A DNA stretch of 64,000 nt from a candidate division CSSED10-310 bacterium. GTDB taxonomy: Bacteria; CSSED10-310; JAFGJC01. Each line of letters opens with the position of its first letter. Position 1 is the first letter of the stretch. Below, piece after piece: positions 45,102-55,047 of this stretch. The notes below the pieces were generated by a model. It had not been told where the DNA came from, made no database searches, and saw nothing but the letters and a program-made list of their open reading frames with translations. The position numbers were made by a program, and so were the translations under genes. The stretch lies in NCBI GenBank assembly GCA_016927905.1, contig JAFGLW010000013.1, forward strand, positions 159,810 to 223,809, written 5' to 3'.

Positions 45102-47453
45102 GTGACGACTTCCCGGATCGATGAAATTCTGTCCACCCTGACGGGTTCCTCCCGGAAATCCCGCTGGATCACCGCCTTCCGCCGGATACCCGGCGCGGCG
45201 GCGCTGTGGGTGGACCTGCCCGGGGACCTTCATCCGGAACTGGTCCGGGCGATGGAATCGCTGAACATCCGGAAGCTGTACAGCCACCAGGCGGAAGCGT
45301 TTCATGCGGTCCGGAACGACCGGGATACCGTCATCGTCACTCCCACCGCATCCGGGAAGACCTGGTGTTATAACCTGCCGGTCCTGGATGGCCTGCTCAA
45401 AAACCCGGCACGCAGGGCAGTTTATGTGTTTCCCACCAAGGCGCTGTGTCATGACCAGCTGCACGAGCTGCAGCGGATCAACCGGAAGCTGGCCCATCCG
45501 GTGCATGCCGCCACCTATGACGGCGATACCCCTTCGGGATCGAGGCAGCAGATCCGGAAATCGGTGCAGATTCTCCTGACCAACCCCGACATGTTGCACA
45601 CAGCCGTTCTGCCGCATCACACCAAGTGGCAGCAGATGCTGGGCCAGCTCGATGCGGTGGTAATCGACGAGCTGCACCACTACCGGGGCGTGTTCGGATC
45701 TCACCTGGGGAACGTCATCCGCCGTCTGCTGCGCATCTGCACCTTCTACGGCTCCAATCCAAGGTTCATCCTGTGTTCCGCGACCCTGGCCAATCCCCGC
45801 GAACTAGCGGAAGCCGTGACCGGGCGGTCCGTGCATTTGATCAACCGATCAGGCGCTCCGTCGGGGGAGCGGAACTTCCTGCTGTACAATCCACCGGTGA
45901 TCGATCCGGAAAAGTGGATCCGGCGGTCGTACCTGGCCGAGGCGGTGGAGATCGCCCGGATTTTTCTGGAGGGAGGAGCGCAGACCATCGTGTTTGCCAG
46001 AACCCGGTTGAATGTGGAAATTCTCCTGAAGGAATTGCGCCGGGCTATGAAAGAGATGCCGGAGGGAGCCGTAAGGGGGTACCGGGGAGGGTATTTGCCG
46101 GTGGAGCGCCGGGAGATCGAAAGCGGGTTGCGGGAGGGGACCATCCGGTGCGTCGTGGCGACTTCAGCGCTGGAATTGGGAGTGGATATCGGCAACCTGG
46201 AAACGGCGATCCTGGCGGGTTATCCCGGAACCATCGCCAGCACCTGGCAGCGGGCCGGACGGGCGGGGCGGCGGGAGGGCGGATCCGCAACCGTCCTGAT
46301 CGCCTCATCGGCGCCGCTGGATCAATTCATCGTCCGGAATCCCGATTACTTCTTCGGATCCGGCGTGGAACACGGGCTGATCAATCCCAATAATCTGCTG
46401 ATCCTGCTGGAACACATCCGCTGCGCTGCCTTCGAGCTTCCGTTCGCCCCGACCGAACTGTTCGGCGACCGCCCGGAAACACGGGAAATACTGGAGTTTC
46501 TGGAGGAGGAGGGGGATGTAATCAACACCGCGGGTCGATGGCATTATTCCGGCGGAACCTACCCGGCGGCATCGGTCAGCCTTCGATCCATCTCCAGCAC
46601 CCGATATCGCATCGTTGACAGCTCCGGCGGCGCTCCCGTTTTGATCGAGGAAATCGATGCGGTTTCCGTGCCGTTCCTGCTGCATCCCGAAGCGGTATTT
46701 CTGCACGAAGACAAACAATACCTCGTGCACGGAATCGATCCGGAAAACCTGACCGTTTCGGTGGTTTCGACCAGAACGGACTATTTTACGGTTCCGGTGG
46801 AGCAGTCCAGCGTACTGGTCGTTGAGACAGCCGCATCGTCCGATGACCTGTATCCGGCGCACTACGGCGAACTGGAAGTGTGCTCGAAAGTAGTGGGATA
46901 CCGCAGACTGAAGTTTCACACCATGGAAAACGTGGGTGGTGCCGCCGTTGATCTGCCGGAAAACCGCTATCGGACTGCCGGGTTCTGGATCACATATCCG
47001 GTCGACCCGGAGAATCTGGAGAACAAACAGCGGTTTGAGGAGCTGGTGGATGCGCTTGCCGGCGGTCTGTCCGCCATGCACAGCGTGTCATCGGTGCTGC
47101 TGATGAGCGAGCCGGGCGATCTGGGAACATGGCTGTCCGGCGGCCGTGGCCGGTGGACCGTCCAACGATCGTATCTGGGATCCATCGATATCCAGGTCCC
47201 GGAATCCCTACGGACGGCGCACCCGGAGATCGATTTTGTCATTTTCGACCGTCATCCCGGCGGAGTCGGTCTTTCGGAACAGTTGTTCGTCCTGTTTGGC
47301 GCTCTGATCGATGCGGCTGTCCGGCTGGTGGAGGAATGTCCCTGCCGGACCGGTTGTCCGGCGTGCGTCGGTCCGGTATATCTGAAAAAAAGCTTGGTCA
47401 AAAACCGGGCGGTGCAGGTTCTGAAACGGATTCAACAGGGTATCCGGCGTTAA
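45102..47453 (+). CDS. DEAD/DEAH helicase with C-terminal DUF1998 (MrfA/YprA/SftH/Hrq1-like)
   Basis: TPTASGKT, DELH, SAT, TSALELGVDIG, QRAGRAGR; terminal CPCRTGCPAC. Confidence 0.92.
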   Translation: MTTSRIDEILSTLTGSSRKSRWITAFRRIPGAAALWVDLPGDLHPELVRAMESLNIRKLYSHQAEAFHAVRNDRDTVIVTPTASGKTWCYNLPVLDGLLKNPARRAVYVFPTKALCHDQLHELQRINRKLAHPVHAATYDGDTPSGSRQQIRKSVQILLTNPDMLHTAVLPHHTKWQQMLGQLDAVVIDELHHYRGVFGSHLGNVIRRLLRICTFYGSNPRFILCSATLANPRELAEAVTGRSVHLINRSGAPSGERNFLLYNPPVIDPEKWIRRSYLAEAVEIARIFLEGGAQTIVFARTRLNVEILLKELRRAMKEMPEGAVRGYRGGYLPVERREIESGLREGTIRCVVATSALELGVDIGNLETAILAGYPGTIASTWQRAGRAGRREGGSATVLIASSAPLDQFIVRNPDYFFGSGVEHGLINPNNLLILLEHIRCAAFELPFAPTELFGDRPETREILEFLEEEGDVINTAGRWHYSGGTYPAASVSLRSISSTRYRIVDSSGGAPVLIEEIDAVSVPFLLHPEAVFLHEDKQYLVHGIDPENLTVSVVSTRTDYFTVPVEQSSVLVVETAASSDDLYPAHYGELEVCSKVVGYRRLKFHTMENVGGAAVDLPENRYRTAGFWITYPVDPENLENKQRFEELVDALAGGLSAMHSVSSVLLMSEPGDLGTWLSGGRGRWTVQRSYLGSIDIQVPESLRTAHPEIDFVIFDRHPGGVGLSEQLFVLFGALIDAAVRLVEECPCRTGCPACVGPVYLKKSLVKNRAVQVLKRIQQGIRR

Positions 47454-47517
47454 TCCCGGCCAGCGGCGGATCCGGAATTTTCTGCGACCGGGAGATGGAT
47501 CACCTGTTCCATCCCGG

Positions 47518-48231
47518 TCATGATTTCCGTGTGATTTTCCGGATCCTGTAAAGCACGGCTTTCAGCAGTGGAATATCGGATGAGGTGATCCGGGATCGGT
47601 ACAGGATATCTTTTATGGCGGTCATAGCGCTGTTTTCCCCGTTTCCCTTGAAGAAATCCAGTTCCTGCAGGGTCTGGTGCATCAGTTCGATGACGGCTTG
47701 ATACTCGCTGTTCCGGGGCCGGGCGGGACGATTTTCAGCGGGTTTTTCGCCGAGGGACTGATATATTTCATAGAGTGCCACGGTAACGGAATGCGCCAGG
47801 TTGAAACTCAGGTTTTTCGGATTGGGAATGGTGGCCAGGTAGTGGCACAGATCCACTTCCTCCCGGGTCAGCCCGTTGTCTTCCCGGCCGAACACGAGAG
47901 CGATCCGGTGTCGGGACAGTTCATTGTTCAGTTCACGGGCAAGCGTGTTCAGGGATCCGGGAGACTGGCGGTGCGATCTCGGCTGCTGGACCATGCCCAC
48001 CACCAGCTGTGTATCGGCGACCGCCGCTTCAAGCGATTCGAAGCGCTGGAGATTCCGGATCAGATCAAAGCCGTAAAGGGCCATTTGTCTGGTTTCGACC
48101 GCCGAGCAGTCCAGTTTCCCGACAATTTTCATGATTTCGACACCGTAATTGAACGCCGACCGGGCGGCGGAACCGACATTTCCGGGGTATATCGGTTCAA
48201 CCAGCACAATCTCGACATTTGACAAAACCAT
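47518..48231 (-). CDS. trmJ: SPOUT RNA methyltransferase, TrmJ/TrmH family
   Basis: LVEPIYPGNVGSAAR, VFGREDNGLT, SFNLAHSV. Confidence 0.85.
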   Translation of the reverse strand: MVLSNVEIVLVEPIYPGNVGSAARSAFNYGVEIMKIVGKLDCSAVETRQMALYGFDLIRNLQRFESLEAAVADTQLVVGMVQQPRSHRQSPGSLNTLARELNNELSRHRIALVFGREDNGLTREEVDLCHYLATIPNPKNLSFNLAHSVTVALYEIYQSLGEKPAENRPARPRNSEYQAVIELMHQTLQELDFFKGNGENSAMTAIKDILYRSRITSSDIPLLKAVLYRIRKITRKS

Positions 48232-48366
48232 TTGATCTCTCCTAAATTAATGAGGGTACTTTTCAATTTTTTTTCACGCAAGTGTCAGTCAATAAAATCT
48301 TCTCCTCAATACAGCCGGGAGCGAATCGGAAAGAACCGGAAAGATGGTGATACCCTTGGGGGAACG

Positions 48367-49407
48367 ATGAAGCGTTTGGGGGAGCTGCTTGTTGATGACG
48401 GGCTCGTCAGCAGGGAAGACCTGGACAGGGCTCTGAATCGACAGTCATCATCCGGTGGGCGGCTGGGTACCAATCTCGTGGAGATGATGCTGATCGACGA
48501 TGTTGTTCTGGGTGAAGCCCTGTCCCGGCAGCTGGATGTGCCCTTCGTTCATCCCAGGGAGCTGGAATCGATCAGTGCCGATGTCCTGGAAATTCTGACG
48601 GTGCCTCTGGTGGAATTGTTCAAGGCCGTGCCGTTCAAATGGGAAGGTCAAAGGTTGCATTGCGCCATGCTCGATCCGTCGGATATCCAGGCGGTCGACA
48701 ATCTTTCCCACAGGCTGGGCTGTGCCGTAAAGCCATACGCATGCGCTGAATCGATCCTGTACCGCGCCATGTCGGTTCATTATCAGATTCAGCCCCCGGC
48801 CAGGCGGTCCGTGGAAGCGAACAGCATCGTTCACGGCAATGTTCTGCCCAGCAATTCCGGGTTGATTTCCCTGGACGATGAAGGGCAGTTCACCCTGGTT
48901 GACCGGGGGGATATTCTGGGCAGCCGGACCAAGACGATGTTTATGGATGCCGCAACCAAAACCGCGGTTGTGGGTTATTTTCTTCAGTTTCTGAGTTACA
49001 TCACAGACAAAATCGCTTTCCTGGCGTATGACAGAAAAAAGAATTATCTCTGGCGCGACGCCAAGGTATTTCAGGAGGGACGGCAGGGTATCGCCTGCGG
49101 CGAAACCGTGAACCGGTCCAAATTCTGGCAGAAATACCTGGACAAACCGGCATTCGTCTTCATCCGCCTGCCCCAGCCAGGGAACGAGATGAACTGGGTC
49201 GTTCCGCTTCTGGACATGCCGGACGTCAAATCCATTTTCCTGGCTCCGCTGACCATCTCGAAGCGGGTAACCGGTGTGGTGATCGGAGGCTCCAGTTCGG
49301 TAACGCGGATGGAGGAGGAACTGGAGACGATCCGGAAGCTGTACCTGATTGCGACCAGCACGCTCAAGATCCAGGAATTGCGTAAACTCATCGAGAATGT
49401 TCTATAG
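48367..49407 (+). CDS. MshEN/T2SSE_N-domain protein without an ATPase domain; C-terminal GAF-like region
   Basis: RLGELLVDDGLVSREDLDRALNRQ...RLGTNL...LSRQ; AMLDP; no Walker motifs. Confidence 0.78.
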   Translation: MKRLGELLVDDGLVSREDLDRALNRQSSSGGRLGTNLVEMMLIDDVVLGEALSRQLDVPFVHPRELESISADVLEILTVPLVELFKAVPFKWEGQRLHCAMLDPSDIQAVDNLSHRLGCAVKPYACAESILYRAMSVHYQIQPPARRSVEANSIVHGNVLPSNSGLISLDDEGQFTLVDRGDILGSRTKTMFMDAATKTAVVGYFLQFLSYITDKIAFLAYDRKKNYLWRDAKVFQEGRQGIACGETVNRSKFWQKYLDKPAFVFIRLPQPGNEMNWVVPLLDMPDVKSIFLAPLTISKRVTGVVIGGSSSVTRMEEELETIRKLYLIATSTLKIQELRKLIENVL

Positions 49408-52400
49408 GGGCAGTTCCGCTCTTTGGTTCCGTTCGGTTTGTCTGCGCAGGGGTGGTGTCCTGCGGATGGGTCCGGCGGTATTGCGGATATTCAGGCGTTT
49501 GCGGACCAGCAGCTGGACCCGTTCCGCAACCAGCGTCGGCACTCCGAATTCCATCACCACGCAGCCTTTCAGAAGAAACGGTCCCCGTCCCCGGAGCAGT
49601 TCCCGGGCGTTTTGACGGAACGACACGGGAAAGAACGTCGTCTCGAACCGCCCCCACTCATCGGAAAAGGTGATGAAGGTCATCAGTTCGCCGGTGGATC
49701 GGGTCCGGGTTTTTTTCCCGATCACGCGCCATCCCAGCATATACGTTTCGCGCCCGGCGCGTGCGGCCAGATCGACGGACCGGATGACGGGTCTCAGGCG
49801 CCGGGCCTGCGCGGTTTCGTCGGGGAAGATGCGGAACGGGTGGGCGGAAGGGGTCAGTCCCAGGATCTCCAGTTCCCAGATCAGAATCTGAGGCAGGGGC
49901 GGGTCGGGCAGGGAGGGCATTTCATTCCATAGATCCCGAAACCGCTGCGGATCGAAATCCGCAGCCCGGGATTCCTTCAATCCGGCATAATATATTTCAA
50001 TTCCCCACAGCAGCTCCGGAATGGTCCGGCCCAGAGATCGCATTGCGCCGCACATGGCCAGGTTGCGGGCCTCGTCGGCGGTCATCCGGGCCGGCCGGAG
50101 CAGATCGATGAGATCCCGGTAGGGGCGGGATGTTTTTCTGAAACCGATGATCCGCTCGGCGGTTTCCCGGCGGAGAGATTTGACCTGCATCAGCCCCACC
50201 CGGAGATGCCCGTCCGCCCCGGTGAACCGGTATTCGCTTCCGTTGATACACGGAGAATGAATGATGATCCCCAACCGGCGCGCCTCTTCCAGGTATTCCA
50301 AAGATCCGTAGTATCCACCGCCGCCGGTCAGCACGGCCGCCATGAATTCCGCAGGATGATGGCTTTTGTAATACATGCTCTGGAACGATTCCATGGCAAA
50401 CGAAGCGGAATGCGCCTTGCAGAAGGCATAACCGGCGAAGGATTCGACCTGGCGGTAAATCTCGTCGATCACGGAATCGGGAATACCCTTCCGTCGGCAT
50501 CCCAGGTAGAACCGGTCCCGGTAATCCTCCAGGTGGAGCCGGTTCTTCTTGAACGACATCAGCCGCCGCAGATCGTCCGCTTCGCCCAGCGAAAGTTCCG
50601 CCAGTTCCGATGCGATCCGGATCACCTGTTCCTGGTAGATGAGACATCCCCGCGTGTCCGAAAGGATTGGTTTCAGGAGCGGATGGAGCACGGTTTCCGC
50701 CTCCAGTTTCAAATGCCGGCGAAGATAGGAATGCTTGCCGCCGTAATTCGACACGCCCGGCCGGATGATCGAAGACAGGGCGGTCAGGCATTCGAAATCG
50801 TCGCATCGCGCCTGCCGGATCAGGTTGATCATTGCGGGGCTCTCAATGTAAAAACAACCGATGGTGCGGCCCGCCCGCATCCATTCCCGGGTGCGGGAAT
50901 CACTCAGAAATATCCGGGGATCATCCGGAACCGGACGACCCTGCTGCCGGACGGTCCGCACCGTTTCGGAGATCACTTCCAGCCCTTTCTGCCCCAGGAT
51001 GTCGATTTTCAGCAGGCCGGCTTCCTCCACGGGGACCATCGACCACTGTGTGATCGCCAGGCCCTTGTCCCCGCGCTGCAGCGGCATGTAACGGGACAGT
51101 GCATCCGGAGCGATCACCAGCCCGCAGGGATGCGTCGCCATATGGCGCGGATATCCCCCGATCCGCTGAACGATCTTTCGAAGACCGGCAAAGGGTTCCC
51201 GGTCCAGCGGCAGATCGCGGGTTTCAGGGGAGGCCGCCAGCTTCTCTTCAAGATTCCCGACATCGGAAAAATGGGGCAGGCGCTTGATGAATTCGTCCAC
51301 TTCCCCCCTGGGCAGGCCCAGCGCCACCGCCGCTTCCCGAAAGGCCCCCCGCAGCTGGAACGTCACATGAGTGCCGATCATGGCCACACGGTCCCGCCCA
51401 AAAAACTCGAAAATATAATCCAGCACCGTTTCGCGGTCCTGTGTTCCGAAATCCAGATCAAAATCGGGCAGGGACGTGCGCTGATCGTTCAGAAACCGCT
51501 CGAAAAAGAGATTGTGAGCCATCGGATCCACATGGGTGATATACAGACAGTACGAAACAATGGAATTGGCCGCCGATCCCCGCCCCAGACAGGGCATGAA
51601 CCGGGAGCGTGCCTGATTGACGATGTCGCGGCAGATCAGGAAATAATCCGACAGCCCCATCTTCCGGATCACCTCCAGCTCACGTTCCAGTATCCGACGC
51701 GCACCCGCTGCCGATCCGGGGCCGTACCGCTCGGATAACCCCTTCAACGCCAGCCCGCGCAGATACAGGTGGGCGTCGCCGTTTCCAGGTACCGGAAACC
51801 GGGGCAGCTTGCGCCGGCCCAGGTCCAGATCCACCCGGCATTCCCGTGCGATCCGAACGGTTTCCTCTAAAATGGCGGACTCCCCGTGAAACCGCGCCGA
51901 CATTTCCATGGCGGAAGCCAGATACGCGGTCGGCGTCAAGGCACCCCGGGGAATCCTGCCGACAGTGGTTTTCAGGCGGAGAGCGGAAAGAAGACGATGC
52001 ACCGGATACTCTCGGGCAGATACGAACCGGACGGCATTGGTCGCCGCCACCGGCAGCTTCAACCGGGACGCCATCTCCAGGCGCCGGTCACGTTCCCACC
52101 GGCTTCCCGGCGTGCCCCAATGGTGCACCTCGACATGGGAAACCCCGCGACGCCCGAATTCGTTCACCCGCCGCCGCAATACCGGTTCATCACCCGTCAA
52201 AACGAATACCGTCTCCGGCAATTCCGCCACCCGGGCCTCCCAGTCAAAACCATCTTCCATGTGACGGGCCGTGACCAGGCGGCAGATCGCCTGGTACCCT
52301 TCACGGTTACGGGCCAGCAATACCGCGCGCCTGCGCCCGGACAGCACCCGAAAATCCCGGCCCGGGAGGATCACGGGGGTCGGTTCCGTCAACTCCACCC

Positions 52401-52593
52401 CCAGAATCGGCCGCACACCCTCACGGGCGCAGGCACGTAAAAACGGAACAGCGGCGTACAGCCCGTCGGTATCGGTCAGGGCAAGCGCTTCCATCCCCAG
52501 CTTCGCGGCGGTCCCCGCCAGCTCCTCCACCCGGCTGGCTCCGTCCAGCATGGAATAATTGGAATGAACGTGCAGGTGAACGAATCCGGTCAT
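49402..52593 (-). CDS. dnaE2: DNA polymerase III alpha, error-prone DnaE2 type
   Basis: HLHVHSNYSMLDG, GRGSAANS, LPDFDLDF, FCKAHSAS; degenerate PHP residues; near an imuB-like gene. Confidence 0.85.
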   Translation of the reverse strand: MTGFVHLHVHSNYSMLDGASRVEELAGTAAKLGMEALALTDTDGLYAAVPFLRACAREGVRPILGVELTEPTPVILPGRDFRVLSGRRRAVLLARNREGYQAICRLVTARHMEDGFDWEARVAELPETVFVLTGDEPVLRRRVNEFGRRGVSHVEVHHWGTPGSRWERDRRLEMASRLKLPVAATNAVRFVSAREYPVHRLLSALRLKTTVGRIPRGALTPTAYLASAMEMSARFHGESAILEETVRIARECRVDLDLGRRKLPRFPVPGNGDAHLYLRGLALKGLSERYGPGSAAGARRILERELEVIRKMGLSDYFLICRDIVNQARSRFMPCLGRGSAANSIVSYCLYITHVDPMAHNLFFERFLNDQRTSLPDFDLDFGTQDRETVLDYIFEFFGRDRVAMIGTHVTFQLRGAFREAAVALGLPRGEVDEFIKRLPHFSDVGNLEEKLAASPETRDLPLDREPFAGLRKIVQRIGGYPRHMATHPCGLVIAPDALSRYMPLQRGDKGLAITQWSMVPVEEAGLLKIDILGQKGLEVISETVRTVRQQGRPVPDDPRIFLSDSRTREWMRAGRTIGCFYIESPAMINLIRQARCDDFECLTALSSIIRPGVSNYGGKHSYLRRHLKLEAETVLHPLLKPILSDTRGCLIYQEQVIRIASELAELSLGEADDLRRLMSFKKNRLHLEDYRDRFYLGCRRKGIPDSVIDEIYRQVESFAGYAFCKAHSASFAMESFQSMYYKSHHPAEFMAAVLTGGGGYYGSLEYLEEARRLGIIIHSPCINGSEYRFTGADGHLRVGLMQVKSLRRETAERIIGFRKTSRPYRDLIDLLRPARMTADEARNLAMCGAMRSLGRTIPELLWGIEIYYAGLKESRAADFDPQRFRDLWNEMPSLPDPPLPQILIWELEILGLTPSAHPFRIFPDETAQARRLRPVIRSVDLAARAGRETYMLGWRVIGKKTRTRSTGELMTFITFSDEWGRFETTFFPVSFRQNARELLRGRGPFLLKGCVVMEFGVPTLVAERVQLLVRKRLNIRNTAGPIRRTPPLRRQTERNQRAELPL

Positions 52594-52615
52594 GACGGGC
52601 GCTGCACCCGGGGAG

Positions 52616-52634
52616 AGGCGAAAAAAAGACGAAA
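52616..52634 (-). promoter_or_regulatory. Direct-repeat box upstream of dnaE2 (candidate operator)
   Basis: AGGCGAAAAAAAGACGAAA on the + strand; 18/19 identical to the box at 55053-55071. Confidence 0.6.
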
Positions 52635-52687
52635 ACATTCCCGGGTGCGGGGGTTTGGATGGAAGGGAGCGGGGGGATTCATACCGA

Positions 52688-53842
52688 TTATGAAGGCTGG
52701 AACAGCCTGTTGAAAACCGCGGAATAGATGCGTTTCAGCTTGAACAGGCTTTCGACGCAACAGGACTCGTTGACCTTGTGAAGGGTGGTGTTTTCCAGGC
52801 CGATCTCGAGAACCGGGACACCCAGTGAAGCGAGGAACCGGCCGTCGCTGGTTCCGCCCTGCACACACTTTCGGGGTGTTCGGCCGGTAACCGATTCGAT
52901 GGATTCCGAGCACAGGCGGATGTAGGGTTCGTGGACCGTATAATAGGGGTCGGCCAGCCAGGACAGTTCCAGTTGGTAATCGGTGTTCCGGGCCAGGCCC
53001 GCTTCCCGAAGTGTGCGGTGCAGGTCGGTTTGGAGGGATTGAAGGGACTGGGAGGGTGTGGTGCGGATATCGATCCCGATTGTCGCCCGGTTCGGTATGA
53101 CATTGTCCTTGTCGCCGGCATGAGCGGTGGTCACGGAAAGGGTGGGATCCGCGAAATCCGTCCGGATGTCCCGGGTGAAGGTTGTCCGGCTCAATGCCGT
53201 GACCGCTCCGGCCAGCTTGAGGATCGGGTTGTCGCCTTCCTCGGGTCGAGCACCGTGGGCCTGGATGCCCTTGAAATGAATCCGGCCCCAGCAGGCGCCC
53301 CGGCGTCCGATTTTCAGGTCGAAGCCGGTGGGCTCGCCGACCAGGCCGTAATCGAACCGGAATCGGCGGTGCAGGTTCTGCAGGAGCGGTGCGCCGCCGC
53401 GTCTGCCGCCGTTTTCCTCATCCGCCAGGATCGCCAGGACCAGGGTGCCCGGGCGGCGGCGGGTATGGGCGGCCAGTTCCACAGCCGCTCCGATCGCCGC
53501 GGCAATACCGGTTTTCATGTCGCAGGCCCCCCGGCCGTACAGCATGCCGTCCCGGATCAGGGGTGTGAACGGTGCGGTCACCGTCCAGGATTCCGGGGGT
53601 CCGGGTGGAACCACATCCCAGTGCCCGATCCAGCATACCGCCGGCTCGTTCCCCTCCATTGCCGCAAACAGGGAAGGAGCTCCGGAGACGGTTTCCGTCC
53701 AGCAGGTCATCCCGTGCCCGGCCAGGAACCGGGAAAGATATTCCACGGCCTGGGGCTGGGTGCCCGGCGGATTCGTTGTGTCGATGGCGATCAGTTCCTG
53801 GGCAATCTTCAGAACCGCATCATCTGTCATCCTGTTCATCAT
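52688..53842 (-). CDS. M20 family metallopeptidase, DapE/ArgE-like
   Basis: GHWDVV, GRGACDMK, ADEE, GEPT, GIQAHG, GGTSDGRF, LHKVNE. Confidence 0.88.
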   Translation of the reverse strand: MMNRMTDDAVLKIAQELIAIDTTNPPGTQPQAVEYLSRFLAGHGMTCWTETVSGAPSLFAAMEGNEPAVCWIGHWDVVPPGPPESWTVTAPFTPLIRDGMLYGRGACDMKTGIAAAIGAAVELAAHTRRRPGTLVLAILADEENGGRRGGAPLLQNLHRRFRFDYGLVGEPTGFDLKIGRRGACWGRIHFKGIQAHGARPEEGDNPILKLAGAVTALSRTTFTRDIRTDFADPTLSVTTAHAGDKDNVIPNRATIGIDIRTTPSQSLQSLQTDLHRTLREAGLARNTDYQLELSWLADPYYTVHEPYIRLCSESIESVTGRTPRKCVQGGTSDGRFLASLGVPVLEIGLENTTLHKVNESCCVESLFKLKRIYSAVFNRLFQPS

Positions 53843-53874
53843 AGCATTCGCAAGGGCAAATGAAAGCATGCCGG

Positions 53875-55041
53875 TCACCCCAGTGCCGCGGCCAGCCGGA
53901 CCGATACGTTCGGATCCGGAAAACGCGTGCGGGTGCTGTCCACGGCGCGAAGGACACGGTCCCACTTGGCCCGGCGGGCGGCATCACCCAGGGGCAGCTC
54001 CGACGGACAATACCGGATATTGCGCGCGACCAGCGCCAGGCTCCGGACACGGACTCTCCGGTAATAAAGCTGCCCGAATAGAACCCGGGCCGCCCGGAAC
54101 AGCTCCGGGTCCCGATGACTGGGCAGCGGCAGCGCCGCCTGCCGCTGGACCAGAACGCCGTCGGCATACAGAATGCGCAGAAGCACGTGTTGCGCGGAGC
54201 GCTGCCGCCGCCGCAGCTCGTTTCCCAGGCGGCCCGCCAGATGAGCCAGGCGACTTTCCAGAATACCTGCATCCAGAATATCCGACGGGAAAATCTCCCG
54301 GACACAAGGTTCTTCCGGGCGGCCCCGGGGCCGCACCCTGCCGCCCTCCACCCCCCGGGCCCGTTTCCAGAGAACCGCGCCGAGAGATCCGTATAGGTGC
54401 ACCAGAATCCCCTCCGGAATCCCCGCAAGATGCCCGATGTTCCGGATACCCATCCGGCGGAAACGGTCCGAAAGACCCGGTGTCATTCCCGGCAGCCATT
54501 CGACCGGACAATGCATCAGAAACCGCATCTCACACCCCGGCCTGACCTCCCGGAAATTCCCCAACTTGGCCGCCCGGCACGCCACGGCGCTGACCGCCTT
54601 GTCCGCAGCCAGTCCCACCGAAACACTCAAATTCAACTCATCCCGGATTTCCCGCTGAAGCCGGCGGGCAAAATCGGCCGGCGGCCCGAACAACATCCCG
54701 CAACCGGTGTAATCCACAAACAGGGCGTCCAAAGCCGAACGCTCCACCCGGGGCGAATACCGGCCCAGCAGACCGAATAATGCCGCCGACGCCTTACGGG
54801 CCAGATTCCAGTCCACCTGAACCAATGCGCCGCCGGGACACATCCGTTCCGCCTGCGCCATGGTGATGCCCCCGTGAATGCCCGATGCACGGGCCTCATA
54901 CGATGCCGCCACCACATAACCGCGGCTTTGCAGATTGCCCACCACCACCGGCCGGCCCCGCAATCGGGGCGCCTTCAAACGGGCCATCGACGCGAAGAAA
55001 TCATCCCCGTCGACATGCAGAATCGCCGGTTGACTCGACAT
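53875..55041 (-). CDS. imuB: Y-family polymerase homologue (DinB/ImuB-like), probably catalytically impaired
   Basis: HVDGDDFFAS and SYEAR motifs present; the conserved S-x-D-E motif reads ALDA (Glu to Ala). Confidence 0.75.
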   Translation of the reverse strand: MSSQPAILHVDGDDFFASMARLKAPRLRGRPVVVGNLQSRGYVVAASYEARASGIHGGITMAQAERMCPGGALVQVDWNLARKASAALFGLLGRYSPRVERSALDALFVDYTGCGMLFGPPADFARRLQREIRDELNLSVSVGLAADKAVSAVACRAAKLGNFREVRPGCEMRFLMHCPVEWLPGMTPGLSDRFRRMGIRNIGHLAGIPEGILVHLYGSLGAVLWKRARGVEGGRVRPRGRPEEPCVREIFPSDILDAGILESRLAHLAGRLGNELRRRQRSAQHVLLRILYADGVLVQRQAALPLPSHRDPELFRAARVLFGQLYYRRVRVRSLALVARNIRYCPSELPLGDAARRAKWDRVLRAVDSTRTRFPDPNVSVRLAAALG

Positions 55042-55047
55042 ACGGTT

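Noticed and set aside
45102-47453. DUF1998 helicase as part of DISARM, Druantia or Dpd defence
   Set aside because: It is a single fused helicase-DUF1998 of MrfA/Hrq1 size among housekeeping genes, with no methylase, PLD nuclease or partner genes.
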